From Botryllus schlosseri (taxonomy: Eukaryota), in the NCBI GenBank assembly GCA_051294905.1, contig CM119373.1, positions 34,224,001 through 34,288,000 on the forward strand: DNA of 64,000 nt, written 5' to 3'. The translations under genes were made by a program, and so were the position numbers. This document shows positions 1 through 13,277 of this stretch, in pieces. The notes beneath the pieces are model-generated. The model saw only the letters and a program-made list of their open reading frames with translations. It had not been told where the DNA came from and made no database searches. How positions within the stretch are numbered: position 1 is the first letter of the stretch; every line of letters starts with the position of its first letter.

Positions 1-829
1 AAGTGTGTGACATAACAATATAAGGCATCTTAATGAAAATATCGAGTTCAGGGTGCATGCTGTCAAATTTTCTTTTATCCTAAATCACGCCAAGATCCGG
101 TATGATACGCCATTGCGCAAGACGATCACGTGGCATGCTATCATGAAGGTATCAGGTTCGGGCGGGAATGCGTACGTTGGATTGTTCGCTTAGTTTTAGT
201 GGGAAGGAACAGCTCATGTTTCGATGGTGGAATTGAAACTACATCGGAAAAGCGCCCATTAACGGCTTTTGAAAGAGCTTAATCGCTATAATAAAGATAT
301 ATTGCTAGCGAACAAATCGCCCTCTTACACATTGCGAACAAATAGACAACATTGTACAATGTATACGTGGACATTAACCAGAGATTAAATGAAATTCAGA
401 TGAATGGTCCTAATATTCAAACTCTAACTGATACCAAAAAGTTAAATTTGAGTACGACATATATCTGTAATCAGATAACCGTCAGCAATTAGTAAGGATA
501 TCGGATAAATGAAAATATGAGCCAAATGAATCATCAGCAAAATGTTAAACGTCTTCTCGTGCGGATATGAATATCAATTTGCAACGTTTCAACGTTTCGC
601 ACTATTCATGGTTAAGCTTCGCACTTCATATCATACAATGTAATGGAGGGCAACTCTAAGACTGTTGCTACAGGAAAAAACTGTCCCACCGACTCGACAC
701 AATCATAATATGGACGGAAGCGTCATACAATGTAAATGCATTGATGTAAAATAGAAAATAGGAGCATTTACCAGATTTGCACCATTGCGCAGCCTGCATA
801 ACATACCATCGGTACTTTCTGGTACCAGA

Positions 830-960
830 TTTTGCTTCCATACTAATTCCAATGGGTGATAACAAGTCAAATACGCTAACTATGGAGATATCTCCCCAAG
901 GGTAGTGGATTATCGTCACGTGTGCCACCTATGCGCCTTCTCGGGTCGGTACACAAAAAT
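830..960. repeat. Dispersed repeat shared with 17620-17745 (inverted)
   Basis: TTCCAATGGGTGA..TATGGAGATATCTCCC..GTAGTGGATT aligns with the reverse complement of 17650-17720. Confidence 0.6.
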
Positions 961-2385
961 TCAACTCCCCCCCCTTAAATCTATCTTGACAATAATTGGT
1001 ATACTTGACTCATTTACACACGTTGGAATGGGTCGTAAATCAAGATCTCGCACTAGAATGTGATATGGTGGAACGAAACGCACGATTTTCGTATACAGCG
1101 TATCGCAATGGACGAAACTTTTGACACAACGATGAAACAGAAAGACCATGAGATATACTTCGTCGAAAAATAGTAGAAAGGCTTTTATTTATTACATTGG
1201 TAGCGACAATAAACTTGCAAAATCACATATGTGAAACCGTTGAATGATTCAGGACTCAAATTTGCATTAAAAATCTCACATTTGAGCTAAACCTCAGTTG
1301 CGGTAAGGCGTGAGTGCATGTACAAGTGTACTTGTTTGCTATAACGAGGCACTGCGGGGCCACATAAGTACACGTTGCACATTTCTCAGAAGAGCCCCTG
1401 TTGAACTATTGCATCTCCAGTTTACCGTGAATATTTTCAGCACTGTTAGGAACTGAAAAGCGTGACAAATAGTCACGATTCAGCTGGAATTAAGTTGTGG
1501 TTGACTTGCTTTTTCGGTAGATCCGATACATTGTAAATATGTATAATGGATTTTATGGTGCTCGACTACTAAGGTCTTGTGCACCAGGGCTGAGGAAGCC
1601 ATAGTTAAATCAGATGTGTCTACACAATACAACAAATTACACGACCGGAATAAGCATGTGTGGATCAGTTAACAGACATTCCACATCAGATACATTGAAA
1701 TCGGGCCTACGACATCTACAATAAGTTGCTGATTGAGTCTCCATTGCAATCTGGAATGTTAAAAACGCGTTAATCCCCAATTTTAAATCCACATCAGGGT
1801 TTGCCTGTACGTGCGATATGCGACATCAAATAATAAGAACTCCCAGGTAGCAAAAGGGTCATATTACGCATTCGGATGGAATCTATGCATCAAAGGCAGC
1901 GCGGTCTTGAGAGAAATGCGACCCCTCAGACCTAGGCGCGAAAATTTCAAACCGAGATGGAATTTCCCAAGGCATGTTTAAATCGGTTTTCGGTTTTGTT
2001 GTAAACAGCTGTTGACTCTTCTACAAGCCTACAAGCGGCAATCGACAATTTCAACAACGCATATATTTCGATGCTACCGCAACAACGGCTTACCGAGATT
2101 CACATATGAGCAGGAACTTTCAGCCCTAAGCGTTCATGTTCGTATATTTCATGTGCAACAAGGTTCAGTCTGCGAACTCAATAAATTTCCTGTGTGAGAC
2201 TTGCGTTCGTATTTCCCCCGGGAGACGTGGGATGTAGATGGAAGGGAACCTACATCATGGCCGTTTATCACGTCAATCCCAGAGGACTTTCCTTCATCAA
2301 CGCTTCGCCTTAACAAGAAGTTACACGCCACGCCGGGAGTGTAACATGAAGCGGGAAGCAAATACTGTGGAGGTTATAGCTATAC

Positions 2386-2650
2386 GAAGGGTCACCATAT
2401 CGTCTTTATTTCAAAGATTTGTCTTTGTTTTGAAGGGCCATGTCTTATGCAACTACATTGTCCTCATTGTAAAATTTGTCCTCAGGTAGAAGGGCGATGT
2501 CTTTTAAGACGACGTTGTCATTAGTCAAGATTTGTTCTTATTTTGAACGGCGATGCTATATAAACTTCATCTCCTAACCCTATGTCTATTTGTTCTTATT
2601 GCTAACTTGTGTCCTTATTGTCGCTACTGAAGCCGTGATGTCCTCATTTT
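2386..2650. repeat. Degenerate ~57-bp minisatellite
   Basis: GAAGGGC(C/G)A-like anchors at ~2432, 2489 and 2545; TTTGTCCT/TTTGTTCT modules. Confidence 0.6.
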
Positions 2651-3903
2651 AGTCATCTGTTTACAAATTAAACTGGTATGAGTTTTCGGCTGTCCTTGAT
2701 TTTTAATCCATCGCGATGGCAACCCTGGTTATAGGGCCACACGTGCCTTATGGACATCTGCATCGAAACTGTCACAGTTTCTTCTATATGATCGCGATTA
2801 GTACTAGTTATTCGGACAAGTTTACATGCATTTTAAAGTTGTATTAACCTCCTGATTATAACCATCGCGTCGACATCCTATTTTACACATATCGTTCACC
2901 CAGTCCTGCTATAGCTGAACGAGATGGCTTATATTATGGAATGATACAGCTCACTCCTGCCTATTGATATCGGGAATACTCCATTTCCAACAGGATGCCA
3001 ATCCGCTTAAAAGCTATCACGTGACATCCCGTTTCATTCATTCATGTATCGTGTGACAACAGACACAGCTGTTGTTATTGCGTAATCCGTCATACCACGA
3101 GGTTTATTGAATGTACCACGTGGAGTGCAGTCTGCGGTGGAATGCATTACACATTTATAACGTTACAGACTCCCGGCGAGGTGACCTTTTAATGACTGTT
3201 GCGAGGCGGTACGCGTGAACTTGAATGACCCGCACTAATGATGACATGTAGAATTTGTTTTCGTGAGTGTAAACATCGTGATTATTACGATGCACCACCT
3301 CAGCGGGTAATAATTTTCTGGTCCGAGCTGGCTTCATATCAAGCCTCGTGGCATTCGCACACCCGGGCTTTGGTGGTATTCGCAATGCAATCATCAGGCA
3401 GGTGAAGTTGGGAATACCTTCACCGTTTTTTTTTTGGCAGAATATACATTATCCTAGCGAGGTTTGAATGAGGATAAGATAACTGTGAATATTCACATTG
3501 TTCACAGATACTAGAGTTATCACTGAAACAACAACATATTGTAAACGTGCCACAAAGCCGAACAGCCCAACGCGGTAACCGACTAAATCATGGTGAATCA
3601 TTCAGATATCCACCCTAGGATGAGAACCAACACTTATTGCCGTTTGTAAACCAGAAGTCGGTCTGGAATTGGTTTGCTTCACTTTTGCGAGATAGTCCCT
3701 TGCGAAATAGTCCCTGCACCATGGTAACGGAATGTATTATTCTATCTGTAATGTCATCAGTAATTTAGCGTTGTCGCAAAGATGTATCTCGAAAATTAGA
3801 AGGTAGCCACTGCGAATTACTACTGAAATTATGCAACATCTCCCCCAAATCAACATTTAAACTACTTGCTTGGGTATTTGTCATACATTATATACTTCTA
3901 TTG

Positions 3904-4249
3904 TAGGGTTACCATACGTCCTCTTTTAAGAGGATTTGTCCTCTTTTGTCAATAAATTGAAAGTGTGCTCGGAGGACGCCTAAATGTCCTCTTTTTTGGG
4001 AATTTGTTCTCTTTTTCTTTAAAAAGGACTAAAATGCGACTAAAAACGCGACCCCGATGTATCGAAAGTCAGAGATTCGTAAAAATCGGGTAAATCAGGA
4101 GTCGAACCGAAGTGATGACCTTTTTTTAGTCAACACAGTACTATCGGTCGAAATATTTTCAGAATCACCAGTTTTCTTGTCCGGTACTGGTGCTTTCACA
4201 ATTTTTGAAAAGTGTCCTTTTTTTAGGATCTCAAAATATGGTAACCCTA
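3904..4249. mobile_element. hAT-superfamily MITE (family D, copy 1)
   Basis: Perfect 13-bp TIR TAGGGTTACCATA/TATGGTAACCCTA; 8-bp TSD TTCTATTG/TTCTATTT (7/8); TGTCCTCTTTT subterminal repeats. Confidence 0.92.
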
Positions 4250-5219
4250 TTCTATTTTAAGTATCTTCAGTATGTATTAGAATTTGTTACTTCTACTTGT
4301 AATTGAGTAGCAACTTACGACGTCACTTCTACTTCTACTGCAGCGACATCCTTGGCGGTCTTTACCGCACCTATGTGTCAGAACGACGTAAAATAGTTTC
4401 ATGCAGGAACACTGTGCTGGTGAAACGTATCCCAGAGACCACACTCGCGTAGGCAATCGATTATTCAATTCAAAGTCCAGCCTTATGACTCAAAGTAATC
4501 GTGCAGTCTTGCAAACAGTTCGATTTTGAAGTGGCCGCATAAAAGTGACCCGCTACGGGTTATCGAGTCACCAACCTCAGCGAAGCCTGTTTCAACCGCG
4601 TAAATACGACGGGTAGGGGTCAATGTGTAAGCACGGATATTGAACAAACACCAGATCCGGTGGAACAGCACCTCTCAACATAGCTGCGATGCCCAAACAG
4701 GATTACATCCGACCTTTCGTGAACTTTACAGAGCTGGCTTCGCAGCGATCGCTAAATTAGATCTGCCACGCTGTTTAGTTTTAATGAACTGGCATAAACT
4801 GGAGAAGGACTAGAAACGGGTGACCTATAAATATCATAATGTATAAAGGTTGATTGACGACCGTGTATATTGCATACCCATAGATATATATACTGAGCTA
4901 ACGGAAAATTCTAAGAATCTAGTTTGCCTTACAATAAGTGTTCTATTCTAGGACGTGTTATATTCAAAGTATTACTTCTCTACAGCAAGAATCGGGATAT
5001 TACAACACTCCACTCTCTTGAGATTTTGAAAAGTTCAAATACATATACCAATTCATGCTATTGCAAAACATGGTATAAAACGGTGCGCAACTTTACTGTG
5101 ATAGATACTCTCGATTTTAGAAGATATTCAACCATTAAAACACGATTAACTAAAATGTAAATCGCGCTCATTTGGCATTTACTGTCATTCGCGATCCCAC
5201 GAAACTATCATCGAACAGA

Positions 5220-5575
5220 CTTGGACAGCTGCATAATCTTAGAACGAAATGCAGGTAATCTAATCACAATCTAATTTGTGAAATGTTTCTATGGTCAAAT
5301 TTTACTTCTGATTTAATTTTCGGTTTTCCTGAAAATGACTGAGAATAACTATATAGTGGGAATGAGCCAAGCATGGCACATATACGTTTGCAATTCTCAT
5401 ATGTACGAGAACGGACTCCGATTTGAGATGAGCCGAACTTGAGTTTTATTGTGTATCCTTCTAGTTAGAAATTAATTCAATTTCCAAGTTTTTGCGGATT
5501 CAGTAATTCCAATTAGAATCTAATTTGAAAAAAAAAACATGTGTAATTCTAATTCTAAATGGAAAACCTGAAAAT
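5220..5575 (+). repeat. Family F unclassified dispersed repeat (others: 24195-24470 +, 28480-28945 -, 38165-38400 +, 46255-46380, 53095-53275 -, 61221-61258 joined to 62214-62530 +)
   Basis: Shared TTGGACA(G/A)C..GATAATT end, GCGAAATGC, repeated TAATTCTAATCTAATTT modules, GTGCGAAACGAGCC and an ATTCTCA-N-GAGAAT hairpin. Confidence 0.75.
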
Positions 5576-6159
5576 TTTCTAGTTTGCCATCAAGGTAACA
5601 TGGAGTTTTGGATACGTTGACAATACAACGATACTATTTATCAAACACAAAAATTGGTCATCTTCCATCCGAAAATACAAGCAGCCAAGCAAATTTTTTA
5701 AGACTGCGACCTCGTTTGACTTTTTCACGTGAGCAGACTTTGAGTAGGTGTTCCCAGGTGAACAGTATGAATTATTCAAGGCCGTTCGCAAATGTAATAA
5801 TCTCCCGTCCGAAGGTCGGCAAGTCGATGTATATATACAATAGCTAAGAGTTTGTCTAGCGGCATACTTATTACTTAACCGGTGTCATAGTATGATATCA
5901 CGCAGGAGCGGTTGTTGCATCATTGCGGATATTGCCGCATTTCCTCTGGCGGTGCCGCGCGCGGCATACGAAACGTTGTTATTGTCCCCTGTGCAAACCA
6001 AGGCTGCATGACGCATTAATTTGCATGGGCGGCCGCCAGTTGATGCATGCCAGTTGATGCATGCCAATGCGAGATTTGCAGGGAATGGGGAATACCGATT
6101 TCGTAACAGTGCGAGCTGCGCTGTCACTCATTTTACCGCATTGAAATGCGCGGTTGTAG

Positions 6160-6310
6160 TAGTAGATAGCGTAATGGCAGAGCGTCCGGCTTCTTGATCA
6201 GTAGGTCATGGGCTCAATCCCCAGCCGGGTCAGACCGAAGACCTAATTAGTATCACTGGTATCCACGGTTTCTCCACTTGGCGCTCAGCATTACCGGGAT
6301 AGCATAGAGA
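6160..6310 (+). mobile_element. tRNA-derived SINE
   Basis: A-box-like TAGCGTAATGG (6167-6177), B-box-like GGCTCAATCCC (6211-6221), followed by non-tRNA body CAGACCGAAGAC...GGTATCCACGGTTTCTCCACTTGGCGCTCAGCATT. Confidence 0.7.
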
Positions 6311-6542
6311 GGTGGTGGAAGACTTGCAAGGATATTTCTGCACCTTCCTTGTCCAGCGGCAAATGCACATTGTGAGCTCATGGTATGCATATATGTCCAT
6401 GTCGTGTGTATGTCTATCATGAGTCGGTGTATATGCCGCAAAAACATCAAGGACAAAAATATACAATGTCCTATTTCTACGTTATATTACTATTCCTTAT
6501 GAGATATGAAAATTATAGTTACTTATATCTTACAACCGATCG

Positions 6543-7078
6543 TCGAGGTGGCTCGTAATGAAGCACGTCCACCTCTTAGGAGTACTCGAATATGTTTTCC
6601 GACTACTAACTCAGGTGCTCATAGTTTTCGACCACTTCAAATTTTAGGCAAAGCATTTTCTTTTTACAATTTGAATTTTATTTCGACGTGTAGAATGTAG
6701 TTTGGGGGTAGGTTTTCAACACTTTTACTAGTGCAATTGTTACGAAAACTGTGTTGAATAGCCGCAGCATCACGGTAATATATTATATTTTCGGAGAATC
6801 TACCTAGTCATTTTTCGTTAGTCACGAAGATGCATCTTGTAATCTCGAAAGCTGCCACCTCTGAGTAACTCTTAAAAGCATGCGCCCCATACTAAATTCA
6901 AATTTCAAGGCTCATTTGCTTGAATTCCTTTCAGAACTTTCATTTTCGACTATTTTTTCTAAATCTGTGCGTACATGTCTTCGATATTGCTACTTTTACT
7001 TGTGGTTGAGTAGAAATTCACACCGATACCTCTACTTCTATACTTGAAGAGCAAGACTGTCCACTTTGACCACCTCTA
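6543..7078 (+). mobile_element. hAT MITE family A copy
   Basis: Left CGAGGTGGCTCGTAATGAAG, right TTTGACCACCTCT, internal CACGAAGATGCATCTT; ACCGA-containing flanks on both sides. Confidence 0.7.
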
Positions 7079-8504
7079 CCGACGTGTTATCGAATGTGAT
7101 GAAAATTTTGCTAAAGGAAATTAGATACTCCAGCATAATCACTCATACTCATAATATATGCAAACCATAAATCAATGCAATACAGTACTGCCGCTACATT
7201 GTTCTATATCTCAATTAAGACGCCGTAATGAGCACTTTGTTATCAGCAAGGTTTTTAATATTGCGTGGCACCGTGGAAACCGAAATAGATATTATTTTAA
7301 TGAAAAAGTATTATACAGTGCGTCTATTATATGCCATTACCCATTGATGTGACTTGTCGACGCAAATGCGATCGGCGGTGTAACGATCTCGCCGCCTAAA
7401 ATCATAGTTTGCAACGGATTACGGCGCCAAAAATAACAGCTAGGTACTCTTTGAACCGGATCCCGCACCTCGTCGACCGTACTTTAAATACGACCGTGAT
7501 TGCCCTCTCGGCAGCCTAGGTGTTCTCACAGTTGAGGTGCGTGCGTGTCATCGTGTTATCGCATGCGACTCTTGGGATAGGTACGGCCAGCTGTAGCTGC
7601 AACGGTGCGCGGCTGCACTCAATCAATATTCGTGTGGTGCAGTAGTTTATTGAGGTACTTGAGGTACTACATACTCGATGATCGTTTGGGAGTTTGACAC
7701 AATAACACGGGCTGGGTAATTTTTCAAGCACTGAGCTTATACGAATCTTTCCACGAAGACGAGACAGTATTAACGGCAAATCTTGTTTTGATGTTTCATC
7801 CGAACTTGGTAGCCTTGAAGCCTCGATTGGTCGTATCACAGCATCTGAAACATTTCTGTGAAGTCGTGAACAACTCGCGGCATTGTCAAAAATGAAATGG
7901 ATAAGATCTTCATGTGGTGTACGACTGGTATTATTTTCCTTGTGGTCGCATTAATGTTACATAATATGGACGATCCCCATCATTCATACTCTTTTGACGT
8001 CATACTGTACGTTACTCGACACGACTCAAAGCCAACCTCGATTAGGAATCGCATCACACAGACGATTTTGCCAAACTCAATGTTCTTCTCAATTCTCTAC
8101 TAGTTGCTGACGATTACCCCCCAACTAGCGTCAGCCGAAAATATTCTGGTTTATCTCAGTGTGGATATATCATTCAATTGTATATTGAAGTTCTCTATCT
8201 CCAAGAGTCTCTTCAAACCCTCCTAACAATAACCAACAAAGAATGGAAGTACACTCACATTAATATTGATGTCCCTCGAGACAACGTTGAATATATATCG
8301 TGGGAATGATTGCATGACTTCGCTCTGATATTTTTGTTCAGTGTTCTCAGGATATCTGCGCGACCGTGTTCGGAGTTCGCCAAAGCGGATATCCTGATTT
8401 TCAAGTGGCAACGGTGAATATTTAAATGATTCAATAGAATTGATTTTTCCCGAATCTGAATATGATGGCCGTGCCGATATGAACGGAAATAATGTGGAAG
8501 AGAT

Positions 8505-8750
8505 TCTTGAGGTACAGAACTTAAATATACTATTGAATAATATATTCGCATTGAAATAAACCGGAATATTTTCGGCTGACACTGGCCAGGGTGATCGTTA
8601 GCAACTATAGTACAGATATATAATTGTTGATATGTAATGTTCCTTTAAATTAACTACTCCTTGCTGATGAATTCCCCCTGGCGAGTGTCACCCGAAAATC
8701 ATGGATTACTTCAATACGTATACACTATTCAATTGTATTCGGAAATAATC
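8505..8750. repeat. Family B foldback repeat (two ~115-bp inverted arms) carrying hammerhead-like motif; extra lone arm at 8096-8200
   Basis: Arm consensus TTCTTGGAGGTACAGAACTTCAATATAC..GAAATAAACCCGAATATTTTCGGCTGACACTCGTCAGGGGTAATCGTCAGCAACTAGTAGAGAATTGG, then ~30-35 bp spacer, then the reverse complement. Confidence 0.85.
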
Positions 8751-10466
8751 TTACAGCTGTAGGAAAGAACCTTGAAACAGACGGGAGATTATCACACATT
8801 TACATGCAAACCGATACGGCAGACGATTTAGTCACACAGTCATCAACAGTCTATCAATTTGTCATTTACTGCACCGCGCCACGAAACACGCCCGCTTCCC
8901 ACCTATATTTGCACGCTCGTAAATACTATGACGTGTCGAATCATTTACCGATTAACGGCTTGTTTGTCACAAATGCCGTTTGGCGCGAGATAAATCATTC
9001 ACGTCGACAGTTACGGTGTCAGATGATTAAATAGTGTTCTATTATACTTAAACTAATAACGCCGAATGTTTGAAGGCTGTCAATGGAATGTGTAGTATCA
9101 TACATCTCAAACACGCGTGAGATTTGATGAATTGGGATGCGCGTTAAGAATTCGGTAATCGAATCATGGGCGTAGCCTATCGGCAACTGTTGATGGTTAA
9201 CGATTTTTACTAAACTTTGAAAATTGGAACACGCCCAATCATTACCGAAATATTTGCCCGTCGCGAGTCACGAATTTTCACATCTCTCGCCCCATTCGCG
9301 GAACCGATTCGAATAATTCACGATCGAACGACTCTAATCCGATTCGGACGAAGTGATTCTGTACACATTTCTAGGCATTTTTTCAGCAAAATTTCAAGAC
9401 GAGAGGAGGAAAATACGCACCTTTTTCTGATCACGCTTCACAAACTAAAGAAACAGGCAGATTTGATTATAGTAACGAAGTACTTCTACTTTTTTTTCCG
9501 AGCACTCTCACACGTTATGTTTATTGGCTACTGCCACTTATACTTGATAATTTGTATGTGCAAAATTTTTTTGATTTATACACTTTGGATATTGATAAGT
9601 TTGAAAGTAGTTTTGGCCTTTCCTTGCGTCACATGATTGAGTAGAATTGTCATGACAGCTGGGCAAAAGTGCCCTGCATCAGGGTATGTGGGTATAATAT
9701 CGAAAATTGTAGTGTAGTGTAATTGGTAGGGAAAGTTGTTGTTGCAGTCAAATCCGTGGTAAGTTGCAGTTAAAAGTTGCATGTGTTATTCAGAAAATTT
9801 GCACGAAAAAGTTGCATTTATGGACAGGTTCCTTGAAATTATTAGGTTATGATATACTCGAATCGATCCGTATCCAAGGCAATGTAGCAAAACTATGTGT
9901 TAGCGACTTCAACAAAAATCAATAGCCTGAAAATATTGACCCAGTGGAAAAATAATTTTCGGCGGTCTTATCTGAATATACGTCAAATCAGAAAGGACCT
10001 CCAATTTAAACGACAGTGACATAATCAAGCGATCTATTTGCATTTAGTTAGTTGCTTGAGAAATCGGCAAAAAATCGGTAAAAAAGTTGCAAAAACTGGC
10101 CCTATAGTCATTGGTTATGTTCCGTTAATTTCAAAGGGTATCTGACCAATCTACCAAGTCTCGTTTCTGAATATACTTACTTTCAGGTCATTATTTTCTA
10201 CTTCTACATGAAGTAGTTTTGACATATCTTTGAAAATGGTACATCTGCTTGAGCGGTAACGTTGAATACTTTGACCAACTCTGCGAAGAGGCCAATGCTT
10301 TCATTTATTCGTGAGAATTCATCGCGTTTACTGTAATGGGTAACTATTCGTTACCTCTAACTTTAATTTCGTCGATACCCCGGTACAGTGGCCAGAGAGA
10401 TTGATTTTATCATCAAAGCTTAACGTTTAGGTTACCCGTTAGGCGTGTTAGGGCATATATTTAGTA

Positions 10467-10561
10467 TTCATCCGCTGTTGCAAAAACACTACGGGTTTGT
10501 GCTATCCGTTATGTCTTTTATGGTATATCATCAATTCATCCTCTGTTGCAAAAACACTACG
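10467..10561. repeat. 27-bp direct repeat, 68 bp apart
   Basis: TTCATCC(G/T)CTGTTGCAAAAACACTACG at 10467 and 10535. Confidence 0.85.
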
Positions 10562-12029
10562 CAAGCGAAACAAAGCCATAGTATTCGGTACAGGCAAATC
10601 TCAAGAAACGATCACGGGTGACAGTTTAATCCTCGCCCTTGTTGAAAGCAATGCCCACCATAATAGCGTAGACGGAGGAATCATACCATGTAAACGTCTA
10701 CTCGGCGCCACTGGGATACGCGGTTTAACCTCAATAGACCTTAAATCCAGGTCTTCCAATAGCCTTAATCAAGCTTTAATCCGGCGTTTCACCGCTTCAA
10801 CACGATGCGTGGTCTGTGGCGACTTTCAAAACCGCACGGAGCGATGGAACTTCCAAATTATTACGATAATAGTCACACTGCTGCGAGTCTGGGTTGTGTT
10901 GTTACGCTGTAATGTGCCATTACGCAGTCATAGTGGTTGATTACGTCTCGTAATTACAGACAATAACAATAGCGCGTGGAAGGTATGTCTGGCGGGATCA
11001 TGTTTAAATACAAGCGTTGTGTTTTCATATTATGAAATAATTTGACGCTGCTTTCGTTTACCAAGGTTTTGTTAACAGAGTTGGTTAGATCAAGTCGATA
11101 CGACAGTAACCACTAGTTCCTAGGCTGCAGAACAAGATAGCAAGAATATAGAGTTTCACAAGCAACCGATTAATAATTACGCTGAAATTGACTGCGTGAA
11201 TGAGGTCGAGAAAAGCTCCAAAATATCAATTTCCTGTGACTTGTCATACCATGGATGTAATCGACGTGTGCGCAATGGAATTCGCAGCAGAGGCAAAGAA
11301 AACTTTACGCCTGCCAACATTTCCAACGTGATCGTGCCAAACAGCATTCACGCATGATAAGAGGGAGGTACGGATTTGGAATCTGGTTTCAGAAATCTGA
11401 AAATTTCAGCGTAGGATTGTATTCCTGAAGTTACAACCGACAAAATATATGACACCAATTTATGGTCACTACAGACTAAGATTTGAATATAATATTAAAG
11501 AAGATCTCTATTTAGATTCGAAAATGTCAAATACGTTTCTCTCTATCATAATGATTTGGTGTTATGCAACATGCAATGCCACTATCACAATGATCGATAA
11601 ACGTGACGGATAGAAGTGTATCATCGATTACAAGCGACTTAACCTATACAAAATGAATAGGTTACACTGATATTGCAGATTTATAATAACGAATGGCATC
11701 CCTTTGATACGCTGAAATAGGAAATTAATGACGCACTTGAAGATAAGTTGGCAAATACATCTCTGCGAGAGCAAATACCGGATCTAAATATGCGAACATT
11801 TCAATACGTAACCCGCCCATTATCTCTCTTGCTTACGTCACAGAGCTAATACAGTTTGTCCATCCCAGGTAACGGAACGCATCGCAGGGCTATAGTGTGC
11901 GAGACATGATCAAGGGTTCGGTTACAAGTTAAATCTCCATTACATCCGGGCTTCCACTCCTTCATGACTGCAGTCATTATATATAAATTTAGGAGTCGAG
12001 GTTACCTTATTCTTAAAGTGCAGAGCTTT

Positions 12030-12290
12030 TTGGAGTTACGGAACTTCAAAATACAATTGAATAGTATATTCAGTGTGAAATGAGCCCGAATATATTTGGC
12101 TGAGACACGTCAGGGGTATAATCGTCAGCAACTAGTAGAGAATTGGAATGAAGATTGTATATCAACAATCGTATCACAAGATATACTAGTAGCTGGTGAT
12201 TGCCCCTGACGAGTGTCAGTCGAATAAATTCGGGTTCATTTCAATATGAATATACTATTCAATTGTTTACTTATAGTGAGTTGAAAATTT
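12030..12290. repeat. Family B foldback repeat
   Basis: Forward arm 12030-12150, reverse arm 12183-12280. Confidence 0.85.
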
Positions 12291-12688
12291 TCACGATCGG
12301 GCTTTAATATTTTGGATTTGGAATCAATTTGTTGTATTGTGCTATTTTTTACTGTCCTTTTGACTCTCTGCCCGCAAATCACCGCTAAATTGAATTTGCA
12401 ATGGCCGAATGACCATATACCTTATTTCATTCATTTAATTTTACTTATTGCACGTGGTGCTGTGTTTTTTCTCTCTCTGCCACCGTATGTCTGTAGTTTA
12501 CCTACAGTTTTTAGTGTAACTACTTCTGTTGTAAAATGACTGGACTGTGGCTCGGCCCGCCTGTACCTTGCTTATCATATTACGTTTCGCTCAATTACCT
12601 TTGGTAATGTATGTTATTGATTTGCAAATAAATTGGCAAATAAACATGGTGAAGATTCTACACCAAATGTGTATGCTAGTGGCAGTGG

Positions 12689-13277
12689 CAGGGTTGTAAT
12701 GACTCGAGTCATGACTCGACTAGAGTCCGACTCGAGTCACGATTTTCTGATGACTCGACTTGACTCGAGTCATTTTCGCAAAATTCAGAAATGACTCGAC
12801 TCGACTCGAGTCAATTTGTGTATTGACTCGACTTGGACTCGAGTCATTGTGCATGACTCGAACCAAGTCATATGGCTCGAGACTCAGACTTCGAAGACCG
12901 GCGATTCATTGTAATTTCGAAGAATAGTAAAGTTGCCACGCTATTGGGATCTCGACTATTGGTACTGGTACTTGAAAATGCGACCAGGAACTGCTAAAAG
13001 TGTGGAAAATTAGTATATTATAAATGCGAACCATTAGATATCATCAAACGGAGTTATAAAAGGTGGGTTTAACAAGACATTGACAGGAATCCGAGCAGTC
13101 AACACAATGACTTGGACTCGACTCGAGTCATAATACCGTGACTCGGACTCGAGCCTATTTTCGCTGACTTGGACTCGGACTTGACTCGGTGGTGAATTGA
13201 AAATGACTCGACTTGACTCGAGTCAAAACTATAAAACTGAGATTGACTCGGTGCCTTGTGACTTGGTTACAACCCTG
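12689..13277. mobile_element. hAT-superfamily MITE with GACTC/GAGTC subterminal arrays
   Basis: Perfect 11-bp TIR CAGGGTTGTAA/TTACAACCCTG; perfect 8-bp TSD GGCAGTGG at 12681-12688 and 13278-13285. Confidence 0.95.

Noticed and set aside
263-390. RLLKELNRYNKDILLA resembling an RTE-LINE endonuclease start
   Set aside because: Similarity too short; catalytic Glu motif and further domain blocks not found.
6160-6240. tRNA gene
   Set aside because: Only A/B-box remnants; no convincing cloverleaf; continues into a SINE-type body.
12689-13277. CRISPR-like appearance of repeated GACTCGAGTC motifs (also the 168-bp array at 27320)
   Set aside because: No constant repeat with unique equal-length spacers, no cas genes, eukaryotic context; bounded by TIR and 8-bp TSD.
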